A model generated the notes under the pieces. It saw only the letters and a list, made by a program, of their open reading frames with translations, searched no databases and had not been told where the DNA came from. Made by a program: the position numbers and the translations under genes. Positions 1-9,608 of a stretch of DNA of 64,000 nucleotides are shown in pieces. Source of the DNA: an uncultured bacterium (GTDB taxonomy: Bacteria; Hydrothermota; Tepidihabitantia; SM23-42); the NCBI GenBank assembly GCA_964419565.1, contig CAYQPW010000008.1, positions 28,284-92,283 on the forward strand, in the 5' to 3' direction. How positions within the stretch are numbered: position 1 is the stretch's first letter; the number at the start of each line of letters is the position of its first letter.

Positions 1-2094
1 TGCAATGAATACTTTGATTTTCTCAAGTTCTTTCTTCTTGGCCACAATTTCCTTGTCGAGCTTTTCTTTATCCGTTTTTAATCTTGAGATATTCGTTTTC
101 AAATCATCCATTTTTGCCACCATGGTGACGGTTTCTTTCTTCTGTTTCTGAAGCGCGGTCAGTTCTTGCTTGGTATCTTTTAACTCCTCTTTGAGTTGCT
201 CCTTCTTTTCATCGATTTCTTTATTGATATCAACGAGCTCCTGCCGTCTCTTATCCAGCTTGGATATCATATCCGCCTCAATGACTTTGGCCTTTTCTAT
301 CCCTCCTTCAAGCTCAGAATGTTTTATCTTTAAATCACCGAGTTTTTCTCCTACTTCCTCAACGTTTTTTGCCATTTTCTCGACATCAGCTCTATACTTA
401 TCCCGTTGTTTAATGAGTTCCTTGGTTTCTTTCTTCAATTCAACCGTCGAGGCTTCCTCCTCTTTTTTGAGCATTTCTAGTTTTTCGCTGAGTTTGTTCA
501 CTCTTTCTTCGCGCTCTGATATTTTTCCTTCGATCAGATTGAGTTCCTTCTTGCGCGTATCGAGCAATTGTTTGACCTTTTCATCTTGTTCGACAGCCAA
601 TTTGATCTCTTCGTATTCCTCTTTCATCTTCGGTAAAGAATTGGTTATTTCTTGATATTCGCTATCAACTTCCTTGAGTTTCGCTTCCTTTTCATCGAGT
701 TCTTCGGTTACCTTAGCGAGCGTAGCTTTTTTATCTTTGAGTTCCGCATCGATCGCTTCGTATTTATCGGCTTCCGGTTTTAATTCGGCTATTTTCTTTT
801 TTGCTAACTCGATGGATTCGCCTAATTCCTGGGCTTCTTTTTTCTTGTGATCAAAGTCAGATTTAATCTTTTCGTATTCAGGCTCCAACTTACGTAAATC
901 TTGTTCTTTTTCTTTGAGCTCCGTAACTCTAGGTTCAAGATCATCGTGATCTTCCCTCAACTTTTCCAGGTTCTCATTCAGGGTGTCGAATTCCTTTTGA
1001 TTTTTGGCTAATTCCTTTTCTAAAGAAACACTTTCCTTTTTGGAGGTTTTATATTTTTCATCAAGTTCTTTGAATGATGTCTCGAGGGTACTGAACTCCA
1101 GTTGAAACTGTGAAATATTCGAAACAAGTTCAGCCTCTTCTTCTTTCATATTTTTAAGGTCTGCAGCCACTTTGTCGTGTTCTTCTTTGAGCTTCGTAAA
1201 TTCGCTATTTTCTTTTTCAAGGTTTTGTTTTTCCGCAGTAAGGTTGCCAATGTCCTCGTTCAGCTGCTCAAGAGTCCCTGTTTTGTCCTTTATTTCGGCC
1301 TTTAATTCGCTAACCCTGGAAGTAAGCTCTGGCTTTTCCTTTTTCATTTCATCGATCAGGGATTCATCTTCTTCTTTTGTCTTGGTCAGGGTTTCTACCT
1401 CAGCGCTGAGTTCTTCGAATCTTGTTTGCTCTGAGTCCCTGCTCTTCTTCACCGTATCAAGTTCTTTGCTTAGCGAATTCTTCTCTTCGTTCATAATTTT
1501 CAGGTCTTTTTCTGTTGCTCGAAGATCCGCGAGAGCATTCCTCAATGTCTGTTCAATTTCCTGATATTCAGTCTTTAATTTTTCGGTTTTAACCTTGATG
1601 CCGTTATATTGTTTCTCCTGATCGCTTTGTCCCTTCTGTATTTTTGCCAATTCTTTTTCAGCGCTGCTGAGTTCTTTAGTCAGTGTAGAATGGCGGTTTC
1701 TCATCTCTTTCATTTGGCTGTCTATTTTTGATTTTTCATCATCCGTTTTCTCGATTTCTTTCCTAAGATCTTTTAAATTCTTTTCAAGTTTTTCTTTTTC
1801 TACGGATAATTTATTTATATCTTTTTGGGTTAACTCAATCTTCTTTGCATCTTTCCCGGTTGATTTCAGGGATTCCTTCAGAGATTTTTCCTCTTTCTTC
1901 AGTGCTTCGATATTCTTTTTTAAATCATCAAGTTCACCGGATATTTCCATCTGTGAGGAATATGTTTCAGCTATTTTATCCTCTATGTCTTTTAATTCCT
2001 TTTTCTTCGCAACCAGATCCTTTTCAGCTTGTTCTATTTTTCCGAGTTTTTCTTCGAGATCGGCTAATATATCGACATCATCTTTTTTTGCCAT
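1..2094 (-). CDS. Long K/E/L-rich coiled-coil protein, partial (C-terminus lies beyond the window edge)
   Basis: The minus-strand frame with codons aligned to window position 1 is open for all 698 codons. It runs from ATG at 2094 (MAKKDDVDILADLEEKLG...) to the window edge; I checked every 60-nt line for in-frame TTA/CTA/TCA and found none. GGGGG lies 5 nt upstream of the ATG. The S/F/L-rich + strand ORFs in the track (170..655, 1172..1564, 1845..2162) are its antisense shadows. No P-loop at the N-terminus. Confidence 0.8.
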   Translation of the reverse strand, partial: MAKKDDVDILADLEEKLGKIEQAEKDLVAKKKELKDIEDKIAETYSSQMEISGELDDLKKNIEALKKEEKSLKESLKSTGKDAKKIELTQKDINKLSVEKEKLEKNLKDLRKEIEKTDDEKSKIDSQMKEMRNRHSTLTKELSSAEKELAKIQKGQSDQEKQYNGIKVKTEKLKTEYQEIEQTLRNALADLRATEKDLKIMNEEKNSLSKELDTVKKSRDSEQTRFEELSAEVETLTKTKEEDESLIDEMKKEKPELTSRVSELKAEIKDKTGTLEQLNEDIGNLTAEKQNLEKENSEFTKLKEEHDKVAADLKNMKEEEAELVSNISQFQLEFSTLETSFKELDEKYKTSKKESVSLEKELAKNQKEFDTLNENLEKLREDHDDLEPRVTELKEKEQDLRKLEPEYEKIKSDFDHKKKEAQELGESIELAKKKIAELKPEADKYEAIDAELKDKKATLAKVTEELDEKEAKLKEVDSEYQEITNSLPKMKEEYEEIKLAVEQDEKVKQLLDTRKKELNLIEGKISEREERVNKLSEKLEMLKKEEEASTVELKKETKELIKQRDKYRADVEKMAKNVEEVGEKLGDLKIKHSELEGGIEKAKVIEADMISKLDKRRQELVDINKEIDEKKEQLKEELKDTKQELTALQKQKKETVTMVAKMDDLKTNISRLKTDKEKLDKEIVAKKKELEKIKVFIA

Positions 2095-2102
2095 TATACC
2101 CC

Positions 2103-5100
2103 CTATGGTTCAACGTAAACCATTTTAGCAGTTTTCTCCTCCCGAGCCATGGGTTTGGATAGTACAGACCAGCGTTTTCCTAATGGAGAGACATATTTTG
2201 TTCTAACCAAGCCCAGGGGATGTGGTTTTATTCCTAAGATATCTTTTTGTACAGCAAAATTTTGTAATCGGTGGTAAAGAAAAATACCCGGTGCTTCATC
2301 GAGTATCTTTCTCTCGATTTTTTGATATAATATATTTCTTTGGTTGAAATTTCTTAATTTCCTTGCTTGATCAATATCGTGATCAATGTCCGGTGATGAA
2401 AAGAAGAAAGTATTTCCAGAACGGCCGCGCGACGTTGAATGGAACAAGGGATAAACGAAATTATCCGGATCTCCATTATCACTTACCCAACCCCGAAAAG
2501 ACAGTAAAGAATCACCCGCATACGTTTTTTCGATCATATTATGCCACGGCATAGGATTTATCTCGATGCGTACGCCGATCTTCACAAGGCTTTGCTTGAT
2601 ATACTCAGCTCGCTTTATTGCTGTTGCCGTATCAGTTATATCGAGTTTGTAAATATCAGGTAATCCTTTGGCAAAACCGGCGTCCTTAAGTAAACTCATA
2701 CTTTTCCCGGGATCAAATGCATAACCCTCGAGTTGATGATTGAAAACCTTCATTGATGGGGGGAAGATACCTTTTGCTTTGATCGCAGAACCTTTGAGGA
2801 ATTTATTGACCAGCTCATTGGTATTAATGGCATAGGATAAAGCCTGCCTGATTAATCTATTATTAAAAGGTTCTTTCTCGCAATTGATACAGATATATTG
2901 TATTGAGAGCTCGGGTATCGTATAGAGCGATTTTGGCATTTCCGTTCTTATTCGTTTCAGCGCTTCGCCAGTGGGTTGGAAAATGGAAAGAGATCGATTC
3001 TTGAACAGCTCATAACCTACGGTTTCGTCCTTTATAATGAGAAAATAGAACTCATCTATAGTGGGTCTTCCTTCGAAGTAGTGGTCATTAGAATGAAGGA
3101 TAATTCTGTTGCCTTTTTCCCAGGCAACTAATTTAAAAGGTCCGGCGCCCACAGGTACTTCCTCATCCAGGTATGGGTCTGCGATATTGCATGCCAGGTT
3201 TGCCAGGATGGGTCGAAAGGGATATTCTAAATTAACTTTCAGGGTGGATTTGTTTATTACTTCTACTCCGATACCCTGCCCTTCGTTACTTTCAGCTAGT
3301 TCTTGGGCACCGCTGATCATATCATAGAAACTTTTATTCGGTCCTCTGAGAGCTCTTAAAATCGCTTCTTTGATGTCTTGGGCATGAATCGGGCGGCCAT
3401 TATGATACTTCAAATTGTCCCGCAGATGGAAGATATATTCTCGACCGTCTTTTGATATTGAATAATCCTGGCAGAGGCCTGGTATTATATCCGCTCCACT
3501 GCCAAATTGGAATAATCCTGCAGAACAATTACAAATTATCTGATGCGAATTGACATCTGTTTTGCGGTCCGGTTTTAAAGTCAGTGGTTCACTCGATAAG
3601 CTCGCGGTTAAGATCCTTTTAGCTTTGACGTAAACCGGAGTCTGATCCGAGGCTTTGATGAACAGTTTCTTCAGAACATTATTTAATTCAGAAATTTTTG
3701 TAATAATAGCTTCATAAGATTGCCATACATTGCTCAGTTTTTTGTTCTCCTTGTCCACAGCACTGACAACGTTGGAAATTGTTTCTGCTTGTTTTTTTTC
3801 TTCTCCGAAAACACGGCTGATATCGTCGAGGAATATTTTAATTTTTGAATAATCTGGGGGTCTGATCCTCATGGGCAATGCAACCGCTCTTTTCTTGCCC
3901 AGTGCATGGCTATTTTTTCGTACCAAGGTCAGTTGTGGAATTATACTGGCAAATGCCTGTTCAGTTTCTGCCTCAAGCTGGACAAATTCTTCAACAATAG
4001 GTGAGATCATATCTATATATATTGAACTTCTTCCTTGCTCAATTTTCGCAAATACTGATAGCGTCTTGATCCGGTTGAATATCTTGGCGGTGGATGAAAC
4101 GAGCTTTTCAACCTTTTTTATTTCAATATCAATTTCCTTCCCCAGATTGTCGAACCGATCATAAATCGTTTGGATCTCTTTAAGAAACTTTTCAATCTTC
4201 GTGCCGAGATCGATAATTTCAGTCATATCCCCGGCCAGGGTTTCTTTATACCCGTGGATTTCTTCAAGGGAATTATATAATACATCGATTTGTGCAGTCA
4301 TATTACCGATACTGTGGTAAATCTTGCTTGGAAAAAGCGGCGGTTTCTTGCGTCCCGAGAATTTTTCGATTGTTCTCATGTTTTCCTGTAAGAAAAAATT
4401 ATATTGCCCTTCTAAATATGACATATTCATCATTTCAACAAGACGCGGATCCTGATCTTTAGTTAGTAACATTGTTTCACTGAGGCTGCATAAAGTCTGA
4501 GCCAGGGAATTTATTTGATTACAATGAATTGAAATCTCATCGATCGTATTCAGTGAGGTGGTAAGCTGTTTTCTCAAGACGTCCAGACCTTCTGATACGC
4601 TCGATTGCAGTTGATTGTTGACGATACTGTTTTGTTCCAGCTGGGTTATTATATTTTGCAAGGATGCGGTTGTGTCATCTATTGTTCTTAGAGATTGGAA
4701 CGACTTCGTGAGTAATCCGCGCGCGCGCGAAGACAGTTCGATAGTCTTGCCGAGTTCCAGAATTACGGGTTTGGTAAGTTGCTCGAGATTATTCAATAGA
4801 TTAGTGAAATCCTGGAAAGGAAGTTGGGCAAGCCTGGCGAGTGATAGACACTCTTTAGCGATAATTGCCAGCCCCCTACCTTCTCTTTTTGCATGATGAG
4901 CGCATATCTCTGTATTTTTGGCGAGATTGGCGAGTGATTTAGCAGATTTCACAAAAAGATCTGCCTTATCCTGTATCTCTTGCAGCATATTGATCAAGGA
5001 TTTAAGTAATTCACTTATGGACAGTAACTGATCATTAATATCCTCCATCGTTGTTTCATATATGAAATATAAATCCTTTAATTTCAAAACATCCTGCTGC

Positions 5101-5288
5101 AATGTCTTAGAATAATCATGAATTATATGTATTAATTCATCACCCCGTGAGAAATGAGCAAAGAGAACCTCTAATTCACGAGTGAGCTTCTGAATATTAT
5201 CATTATTTTTGTTCAACAATTGTGAGACTTCATTTACGTTATCCCCCAGGATTACAGTCTTTTTTAAGTATTCATTTATTTCTGTCAT
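2103..5288 (-). CDS. Fusion protein: N-terminal chemoreceptor (MCP) signalling-domain-like coiled coil plus C-terminal family-5 solute-binding protein (DppA/OppA-like) domain. No signal peptide or TM segment seen.
   Basis: Residues about 118-155 (LANLAKNTEICAHHAKREGRGLAIIAKECLSLARLAQ) resemble the MCP hairpin tip ([33 protein letters not shown]). The C-terminal 470 aa or so (LKPDRKTDVNSHQII...KYHNGRPIHAQDIK...ADPYLDEEVPVGAGPFKLVAWEKGNRIILHSNDHYFEGRP) are typical SBP_bac_5. I trimmed the start from the track ORF (5354) to ATG 5288 (MTEINEYL) because 5297..5369 is a tRNA. Confidence 0.8.
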   Translation of the reverse strand: MTEINEYLKKTVILGDNVNEVSQLLNKNNDNIQKLTRELEVLFAHFSRGDELIHIIHDYSKTLQQDVLKLKDLYFIYETTMEDINDQLLSISELLKSLINMLQEIQDKADLFVKSAKSLANLAKNTEICAHHAKREGRGLAIIAKECLSLARLAQLPFQDFTNLLNNLEQLTKPVILELGKTIELSSRARGLLTKSFQSLRTIDDTTASLQNIITQLEQNSIVNNQLQSSVSEGLDVLRKQLTTSLNTIDEISIHCNQINSLAQTLCSLSETMLLTKDQDPRLVEMMNMSYLEGQYNFFLQENMRTIEKFSGRKKPPLFPSKIYHSIGNMTAQIDVLYNSLEEIHGYKETLAGDMTEIIDLGTKIEKFLKEIQTIYDRFDNLGKEIDIEIKKVEKLVSSTAKIFNRIKTLSVFAKIEQGRSSIYIDMISPIVEEFVQLEAETEQAFASIIPQLTLVRKNSHALGKKRAVALPMRIRPPDYSKIKIFLDDISRVFGEEKKQAETISNVVSAVDKENKKLSNVWQSYEAIITKISELNNVLKKLFIKASDQTPVYVKAKRILTASLSSEPLTLKPDRKTDVNSHQIICNCSAGLFQFGSGADIIPGLCQDYSISKDGREYIFHLRDNLKYHNGRPIHAQDIKEAILRALRGPNKSFYDMISGAQELAESNEGQGIGVEVINKSTLKVNLEYPFRPILANLACNIADPYLDEEVPVGAGPFKLVAWEKGNRIILHSNDHYFEGRPTIDEFYFLIIKDETVGYELFKNRSLSIFQPTGEALKRIRTEMPKSLYTIPELSIQYICINCEKEPFNNRLIRQALSYAINTNELVNKFLKGSAIKAKGIFPPSMKVFNHQLEGYAFDPGKSMSLLKDAGFAKGLPDIYKLDITDTATAIKRAEYIKQSLVKIGVRIEINPMPWHNMIEKTYAGDSLLSFRGWVSDNGDPDNFVYPLFHSTSRGRSGNTFFFSSPDIDHDIDQARKLRNFNQRNILYQKIERKILDEAPGIFLYHRLQNFAVQKDILGIKPHPLGLVRTKYVSPLGKRWSVLSKPMAREEKTAKMVYVEP

Positions 5289-5296
5289 AGCTCTAG

Positions 5297-5369
5297 TAGC
5301 GGCGGAGGGATTTGAACCCCCGACACAGAGATTATGATTCTCCTGCTCTGCCAACTGAGCTACGCCGCC
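5297..5369 (-). tRNA. tRNA-Met (anticodon CAT). Elongator type, or possibly tRNA-Ile2 if the C34 is lysidinylated. CCA not encoded.
   Basis: Reverse complement GGCGGCGTAGCTCAGTTGGCAGAGCAGGAGAATCATAATCTCTGTGTCGGGGGTTCAAATCCCTCCGCCGCTA folds as a 73-nt cloverleaf: 7-bp acceptor, GCTC/GAGC D stem, GGAGA/TCTCT anticodon stem, loop ATCATAA, TTCAAAT T loop. It lacks the initiator-specific three G-C pairs in the anticodon stem. Confidence 0.9.
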
Positions 5370-5378
5370 TCAATCAGA

Positions 5379-5406
5379 ATTATATCTATAAATATTGTAT
5401 TGTCAA
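5379..5406 (-). promoter_or_regulatory. Sigma70-type promoter for tRNA-Met and the downstream operon
   Basis: The minus strand reads TTGACA (5406..5401), a 16-nt spacer, then TATAAT (5384..5379). The tRNA 5' end lies 9 nt downstream. Confidence 0.5.
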
Positions 5407-5535
5407 TGACGATTGGAATCTACGCTTGATGCATACTGGGCGAATAGTCGAATGCTGAAATATTAGCAGTTACCGTTCAACGAATTGTATTGTTGTGTTC
5501 CTGGTTGACTTCATACAAAAAAATGGTATTCTTCT

Positions 5536-6861
5536 ATGCCGATTATGCGAATTCCGATAACGATAAAATTCAGCACTTTGATATTTCTTCTAATCGTAGT
5601 GATTACGGGCGTAATATTCTGGTTCACACTGAATCGGGTAAGAGATGCTTTAACTCAAGAAATAAAACTTCAGGGCGAAATATTGGCGAATCTCATTGCT
5701 TTAAATGCCGAAGATCCGATAATAGCCAAAGATGATCTATATCTTGCGCGGCTGGTAAACGACGCGATCAAGAATGAAGGTGTAAGGTATACATACATTG
5801 TTGATAGTGATCAAATCATTCTCGCTTATGATAAGATGGACTGGATAGGACGGTCTGCTGACTCGATTATTAGGCCGGAAAACACATACCATGTAACACG
5901 GCCAATTGTGTTGGCTGGTAGAAAAAAGATCGGGGAAGTCCACGTCGGGCTTGATATTGAACGAATAAGCAAAATAACGAATAATATGCAGATTATCCTT
6001 ATTCTGATTTCCGTCATGGGATTACTTCTTGGCACGTTTGGTGCTATGTTACTCTCAAGATATTTGACCCGACCCATTCATGAACTTGTCGATGGCTTCA
6101 AAGCGATCGCTAATGGTGATCTTCGCCAGGTGCTCAGTAAAAAATCTGATGATGAGATCGGTGATTTAATGTCCGCGTTCAACCAGATGACCCAAAGCTT
6201 AATGGAAAAAGAGCAGATTAAGGATGCTTTTCGGAGATATGTATCGCGTCAGGTAGCTGAAGAAATATTTAAGAATCCGGATCAGTATATCGATACCTTA
6301 CGCGGAACCAGGCGCAAAGTTACTATACTCTTTGCCGATATACGGGGGTTTACACCACTGACCGAACGTTTGTCTGCCGAGGATGTTGTTACACTACTCA
6401 ATGAAGTTCTAACTAGTATGACAAAGGTGATATTCAAGCATGAAGGCACCGTCGATAAATTCATAGGCGACTCTATAATGGCTGTTTTCGGCGCACCAAT
6501 TGCCCATGTTGATGACACGGATCGATCGATACATGCGGCAGTCGAGATTCAAAGAGCCGTTCAGGAAATGAGTGAACAACGTAGAAGGGAAGAACGCGAA
6601 ATGATCAATGTGGGCATTGGGATTAATGCTGGTGAGGTGGTCGTTGGGAATATCGGCGCAAAAGTTCGTCTTGACTATACTGTGATCGGCGCGTCAGTTA
6701 ATATCGCAAATAGACTTCAGGAAGTGGCGAGTGGAGGTGAAATAGTTATTTCAGAAAGCGTTTTTAAGGAGACTACCGCGCCTTATAAGTATTCTGAGCC
6801 CATGCTCATCAAGGTAAAAGGAAAAGAAGATCCGGTTAAGATTTACCGGGTCTTGTATTGA
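5536..6861 (+). CDS. Membrane-anchored class III adenylate/guanylate cyclase with HAMP domain
   Basis: N-terminal TM segment (FSTLIFLLIVVITGVIFWF), a second TM, a HAMP-like segment (RPIHELVDGFKAIANGDLRQVLSKKSDDEIGDLMSAFNQM), then a cyclase core (KVTILFADIRGFTPLTERL...KFIGDSIMAVFGAP...GINAGEVVVGNIG). Confidence 0.9.
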   Translation: MPIMRIPITIKFSTLIFLLIVVITGVIFWFTLNRVRDALTQEIKLQGEILANLIALNAEDPIIAKDDLYLARLVNDAIKNEGVRYTYIVDSDQIILAYDKMDWIGRSADSIIRPENTYHVTRPIVLAGRKKIGEVHVGLDIERISKITNNMQIILILISVMGLLLGTFGAMLLSRYLTRPIHELVDGFKAIANGDLRQVLSKKSDDEIGDLMSAFNQMTQSLMEKEQIKDAFRRYVSRQVAEEIFKNPDQYIDTLRGTRRKVTILFADIRGFTPLTERLSAEDVVTLLNEVLTSMTKVIFKHEGTVDKFIGDSIMAVFGAPIAHVDDTDRSIHAAVEIQRAVQEMSEQRRREEREMINVGIGINAGEVVVGNIGAKVRLDYTVIGASVNIANRLQEVASGGEIVISESVFKETTAPYKYSEPMLIKVKGKEDPVKIYRVLY

Positions 6862-6862
6862 T

Positions 6863-7951
6863 TTAACCGATGATCAAACTGAATATCGCTCCGCTCAAAA
6901 TTAAAAATATTGGTTCAATTTTGAGCAAAAGTAAGATTATTAAAATTATCAGGCCAAAAATTCCATAAGGTACATTAACCCAATTTAAAAGGACAAAACT
7001 AATCCCCGTAGATAGTAAGATAGCTACAACCGCAGATTTAATACCAGTAAAAAAGGACATAACGAATTTATTATTACAGATCCTTTTGTAGATTTTAACC
7101 AGGACAATCAACATAATAAAAGAAGGAATGAAAATGCAGAATGAAGCTATGATCGCACCCGGTATGCCCATTACTTTTAAACCGACAAAGGTCGCCGTTA
7201 TCGCTACCGGTCCCGGGGTCATTTGGCCTAATGCCATGCCGTTAAGAAATTCTTGGGGAGTGAGCCAGGTTCGAGTAGTGCAGACCTCGTTTTTAATAAA
7301 AGGTATAGCTGCATAACCGCCGCCAAAGATAATCGCGCCTATTTTAAGGAATATCGCAGCTAAAGTGAGCGCCTTTTTCGGTTCAAATACGAATAATGGA
7401 ACAGCAAGCAAGCAGCGCTCGACATTTTTGACATAATCTAACATGACTCTAAGAAAACCACAGAGAAGAACCGTGAAGATAGGGTCAAATTTTACTAAGA
7501 AAAGTACTAAAGCGAAGAAGAAAATAATAAGACCCTTAATATCTTTAATAAGAACCTTGCCCATATCATATGCAGCCCAGAGAATTATCGATGTCATGAC
7601 TGCGCTAATCCCTTTAAATATTTGTGCAACTCCTGGCAGTGACTGGTAAGTAAGATAGAACCATGATAGAATTACCATAAGAACGAAAGAAGGCAGGAGT
7701 AAGGCGATCGCGGCGATCGCCGCTCCTTTCATCCCGAATAGGTGATATCCTATATATTCACAGTAATTCGGGATGAAAGGACCTGGTAATATCTGTCCCA
7801 TTGCCACTGCCGTACAGAGATCATCGTCGTCTATCAATTTTTTCTTTTTTACACATTCATTCCGTAGAATAGCAAGCATGCCAATACCACCACCAAACCC
7901 AAAAAGGCCAACTTTAAAAAGGGCTTTTGCTAAATCTTTAAGGGTTTTCAC
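6863..7951 (-). CDS. chrA: Chromate ion transporter (CHR) family protein with two CHR repeats
   Basis: Duplicated CHR signatures: FGFGGGIGMLAILRNE...GQILPGP and FGGGYAAIPFIKNE...WLTPQEFLNGMALGQMTPGPV. Polytopic and hydrophobic. Confidence 0.85.
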   Translation of the reverse strand: MKTLKDLAKALFKVGLFGFGGGIGMLAILRNECVKKKKLIDDDDLCTAVAMGQILPGPFIPNYCEYIGYHLFGMKGAAIAAIALLLPSFVLMVILSWFYLTYQSLPGVAQIFKGISAVMTSIILWAAYDMGKVLIKDIKGLIIFFFALVLFLVKFDPIFTVLLCGFLRVMLDYVKNVERCLLAVPLFVFEPKKALTLAAIFLKIGAIIFGGGYAAIPFIKNEVCTTRTWLTPQEFLNGMALGQMTPGPVAITATFVGLKVMGIPGAIIASFCIFIPSFIMLIVLVKIYKRICNNKFVMSFFTGIKSAVVAILLSTGISFVLLNWVNVPYGIFGLIILIILLLLKIEPIFLILSGAIFSLIIG

Positions 7952-8748
7952 TTGTTATAACTAGCGGTTTGGTAACCGGCAAGATCGAGGACCACAGACT
8001 CATAACCGAGTCGCTTAAAGTACCTCACAATGCGCTTGCTATTATCTAATATGAAATTGAATTCCGCAGTATAGACTTCGATGCGGGCTACAGGGAAATG
8101 ATCGCGCACCCGGATTTGGGAAAGGTCTAATCGTCTTAAGTAGTTCTCTGCTCGATCGATCCGTTCCAGGATTTTTTTATCTATTTTTTCTCCATAAGGG
8201 ATTCTCGATGCTAAGCATGCCATCGATGGTTTATTCCAGTTGGGTAGCTGTAATTTTCTGGCAGTCAAGCGGATCTCTTGTTTGGTTAAACCAACTTCAA
8301 TAAAAGGAGATAAGACTTTTAGTTTTCTTAAAGCTCTGAGCCCTGGTCGATGATCCGAGAGATCAGATTTGTTGCTTCCTTCAAGAACACTGAAGCCAAA
8401 TTTCGCAGCGATTGATTTTATCTGTTTGAATAATTGAAGTTTGCAGAGATAGCAGCGGTTTTTTGCATTACTGATAAATCGTGGGTTCGCTAACTCGCGG
8501 GTTCTGAGACAAATGTGCTTAACGCCCAAAGACTTAGCCAATTTCTTGGCATAAATAATATCTCTTTTCGGCTGAATCGGTGAAACGGCAGTAACCGCGA
8601 CGACATTGTTCTTCAATACATCGATCGTTAGTTTCAGTAACAGGGTTGAGTCGACGCCTCCTGAAAAGGCAACGACAGCACCTGGATACCTTTTTAAAAT
8701 ATTTTTTATTTCTATGATTTTGCTCTGTACCACCAAAGCCCTCTGCAT
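7948..8748 (-). CDS. PP-loop ATP pyrophosphatase, LarE-like (TIGR00268-type) sulfur transferase family
   Basis: PP-loop motif AFSGGVDSTLLL near the N-terminus, a later SMACLASRIPYG motif resembling the LarE Cys-loop, and a length of 266 aa. Confidence 0.65.
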   Translation of the reverse strand: MQRALVVQSKIIEIKNILKRYPGAVVAFSGGVDSTLLLKLTIDVLKNNVVAVTAVSPIQPKRDIIYAKKLAKSLGVKHICLRTRELANPRFISNAKNRCYLCKLQLFKQIKSIAAKFGFSVLEGSNKSDLSDHRPGLRALRKLKVLSPFIEVGLTKQEIRLTARKLQLPNWNKPSMACLASRIPYGEKIDKKILERIDRAENYLRRLDLSQIRVRDHFPVARIEVYTAEFNFILDNSKRIVRYFKRLGYESVVLDLAGYQTASYNK

Positions 8749-8797
8749 ACAGGGTTTGTATTTATAAAACTAGGACAAAATAGGTATGATGTAGTTT

Positions 8798-9064
8798 TTA
8801 AACTAAATAAGGTAAAAATTCTTTGCTGATCGGCGGCTGCTTGACCCAGCGGACGAGTTCATTTTTGTCATCAAGGACGATAACCGTTGGGATATCACTA
8901 ACTTCATGAAACGCACCCTCGGTTAAGCCATCGATCGTTTCCATATCATAATATTCTATTTTGGCATCGAATTTTTCTTTTTCCTTAAAATACTCGATTT
9001 TTTTACGTGCATCTTTGCATACTGGACATGTCGGCTTTCCAAAAATGAAGACTTTTTTCATCAT
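8798..9064 (-). CDS. Glutaredoxin/thioredoxin-like small redox protein (CPVC active site)
   Basis: 88 aa beginning KVFIFGKPTCPVCKDARKKI, with a thioredoxin-fold CxxC motif. AGGAGG lies upstream of the ATG. Confidence 0.75.
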   Translation of the reverse strand: MMKKVFIFGKPTCPVCKDARKKIEYFKEKEKFDAKIEYYDMETIDGLTEGAFHEVSDIPTVIVLDDKNELVRWVKQPPISKEFLPYLV

Positions 9065-9236
9065 ACCTCCTCAAATTGCGGTTACTAAAAATATCTAATC
9101 TCCCAAACCCTGTTAGCTCCCAGCTATCTAAATGGCGCAAAACATACTTGTCGACACACAGCTATTTTTTCTATAGTGCCATATTCGCATCTAACACACT
9201 ATTCTAATCAGGATTCTGAAAATGTCAAGCGCAAAA

Positions 9237-9608
9237 TTACTCCCCTGTCTTTATTGATTTTAATTTAGCTTTGAAAACAACGGTTACAAGGAGTTCGATA
9301 AAAAAACCATAGATCATGCCCATTACGATTGAGCCGAAGAGAATGAATATTTCTTTTCCCGGAACCATAAAGCCGCTGAGCCCCATGGGGATGCTGAGAA
9401 CCGCACCCATTAGAATACCGTGAAACCACCACTTTATTCTCAAGACACTTATTCCGATTGCAAAGCCGATCAAACCACGACTAATAATGGTCGACAATAT
9501 TATTGCCCAGTGGAGAGGTTCTCCGCCTGAAGCGATCAACCACCAGCAGATAAACCCTGATACAAAACCGAAAAGTAGAGCGAGCCAGAATCTTTTTGCA
9601 TTGAACAT
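9237..9608 (-). CDS. Small integral membrane protein, unknown function (about 4 TM)
   Basis: Hydrophobic ORF. I chose the start at MFNAKRFWLALLF because AAGGAGG sits 5 nt upstream of that ATG. The track ORF starts 27 nt further up. Confidence 0.6.
   Translation of the reverse strand: MFNAKRFWLALLFGFVSGFICWWLIASGGEPLHWAIILSTIISRGLIGFAIGISVLRIKWWFHGILMGAVLSIPMGLSGFMVPGKEIFILFGSIVMGMIYGFFIELLVTVVFKAKLKSIKTGE

Noticed and set aside
170-2162. Three + strand ORFs (170..655, 1172..1564, 1845..2162) with extreme S/F/L-rich low-complexity translations
   Set aside because: They are the antisense image of the K/E/L-rich coiled-coil gene, which is open on the minus strand across 1..2094. Their composition is what antisense GAA/AAG/CTT-rich codons give.
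5289-5354. N-terminal 22-aa extension of the 1083-aa track ORF (MAEQENHNLCVGGSNPSAATRA)
   Set aside because: This stretch is the tRNA-Met gene read as protein. The real start is the ATG at 5288.
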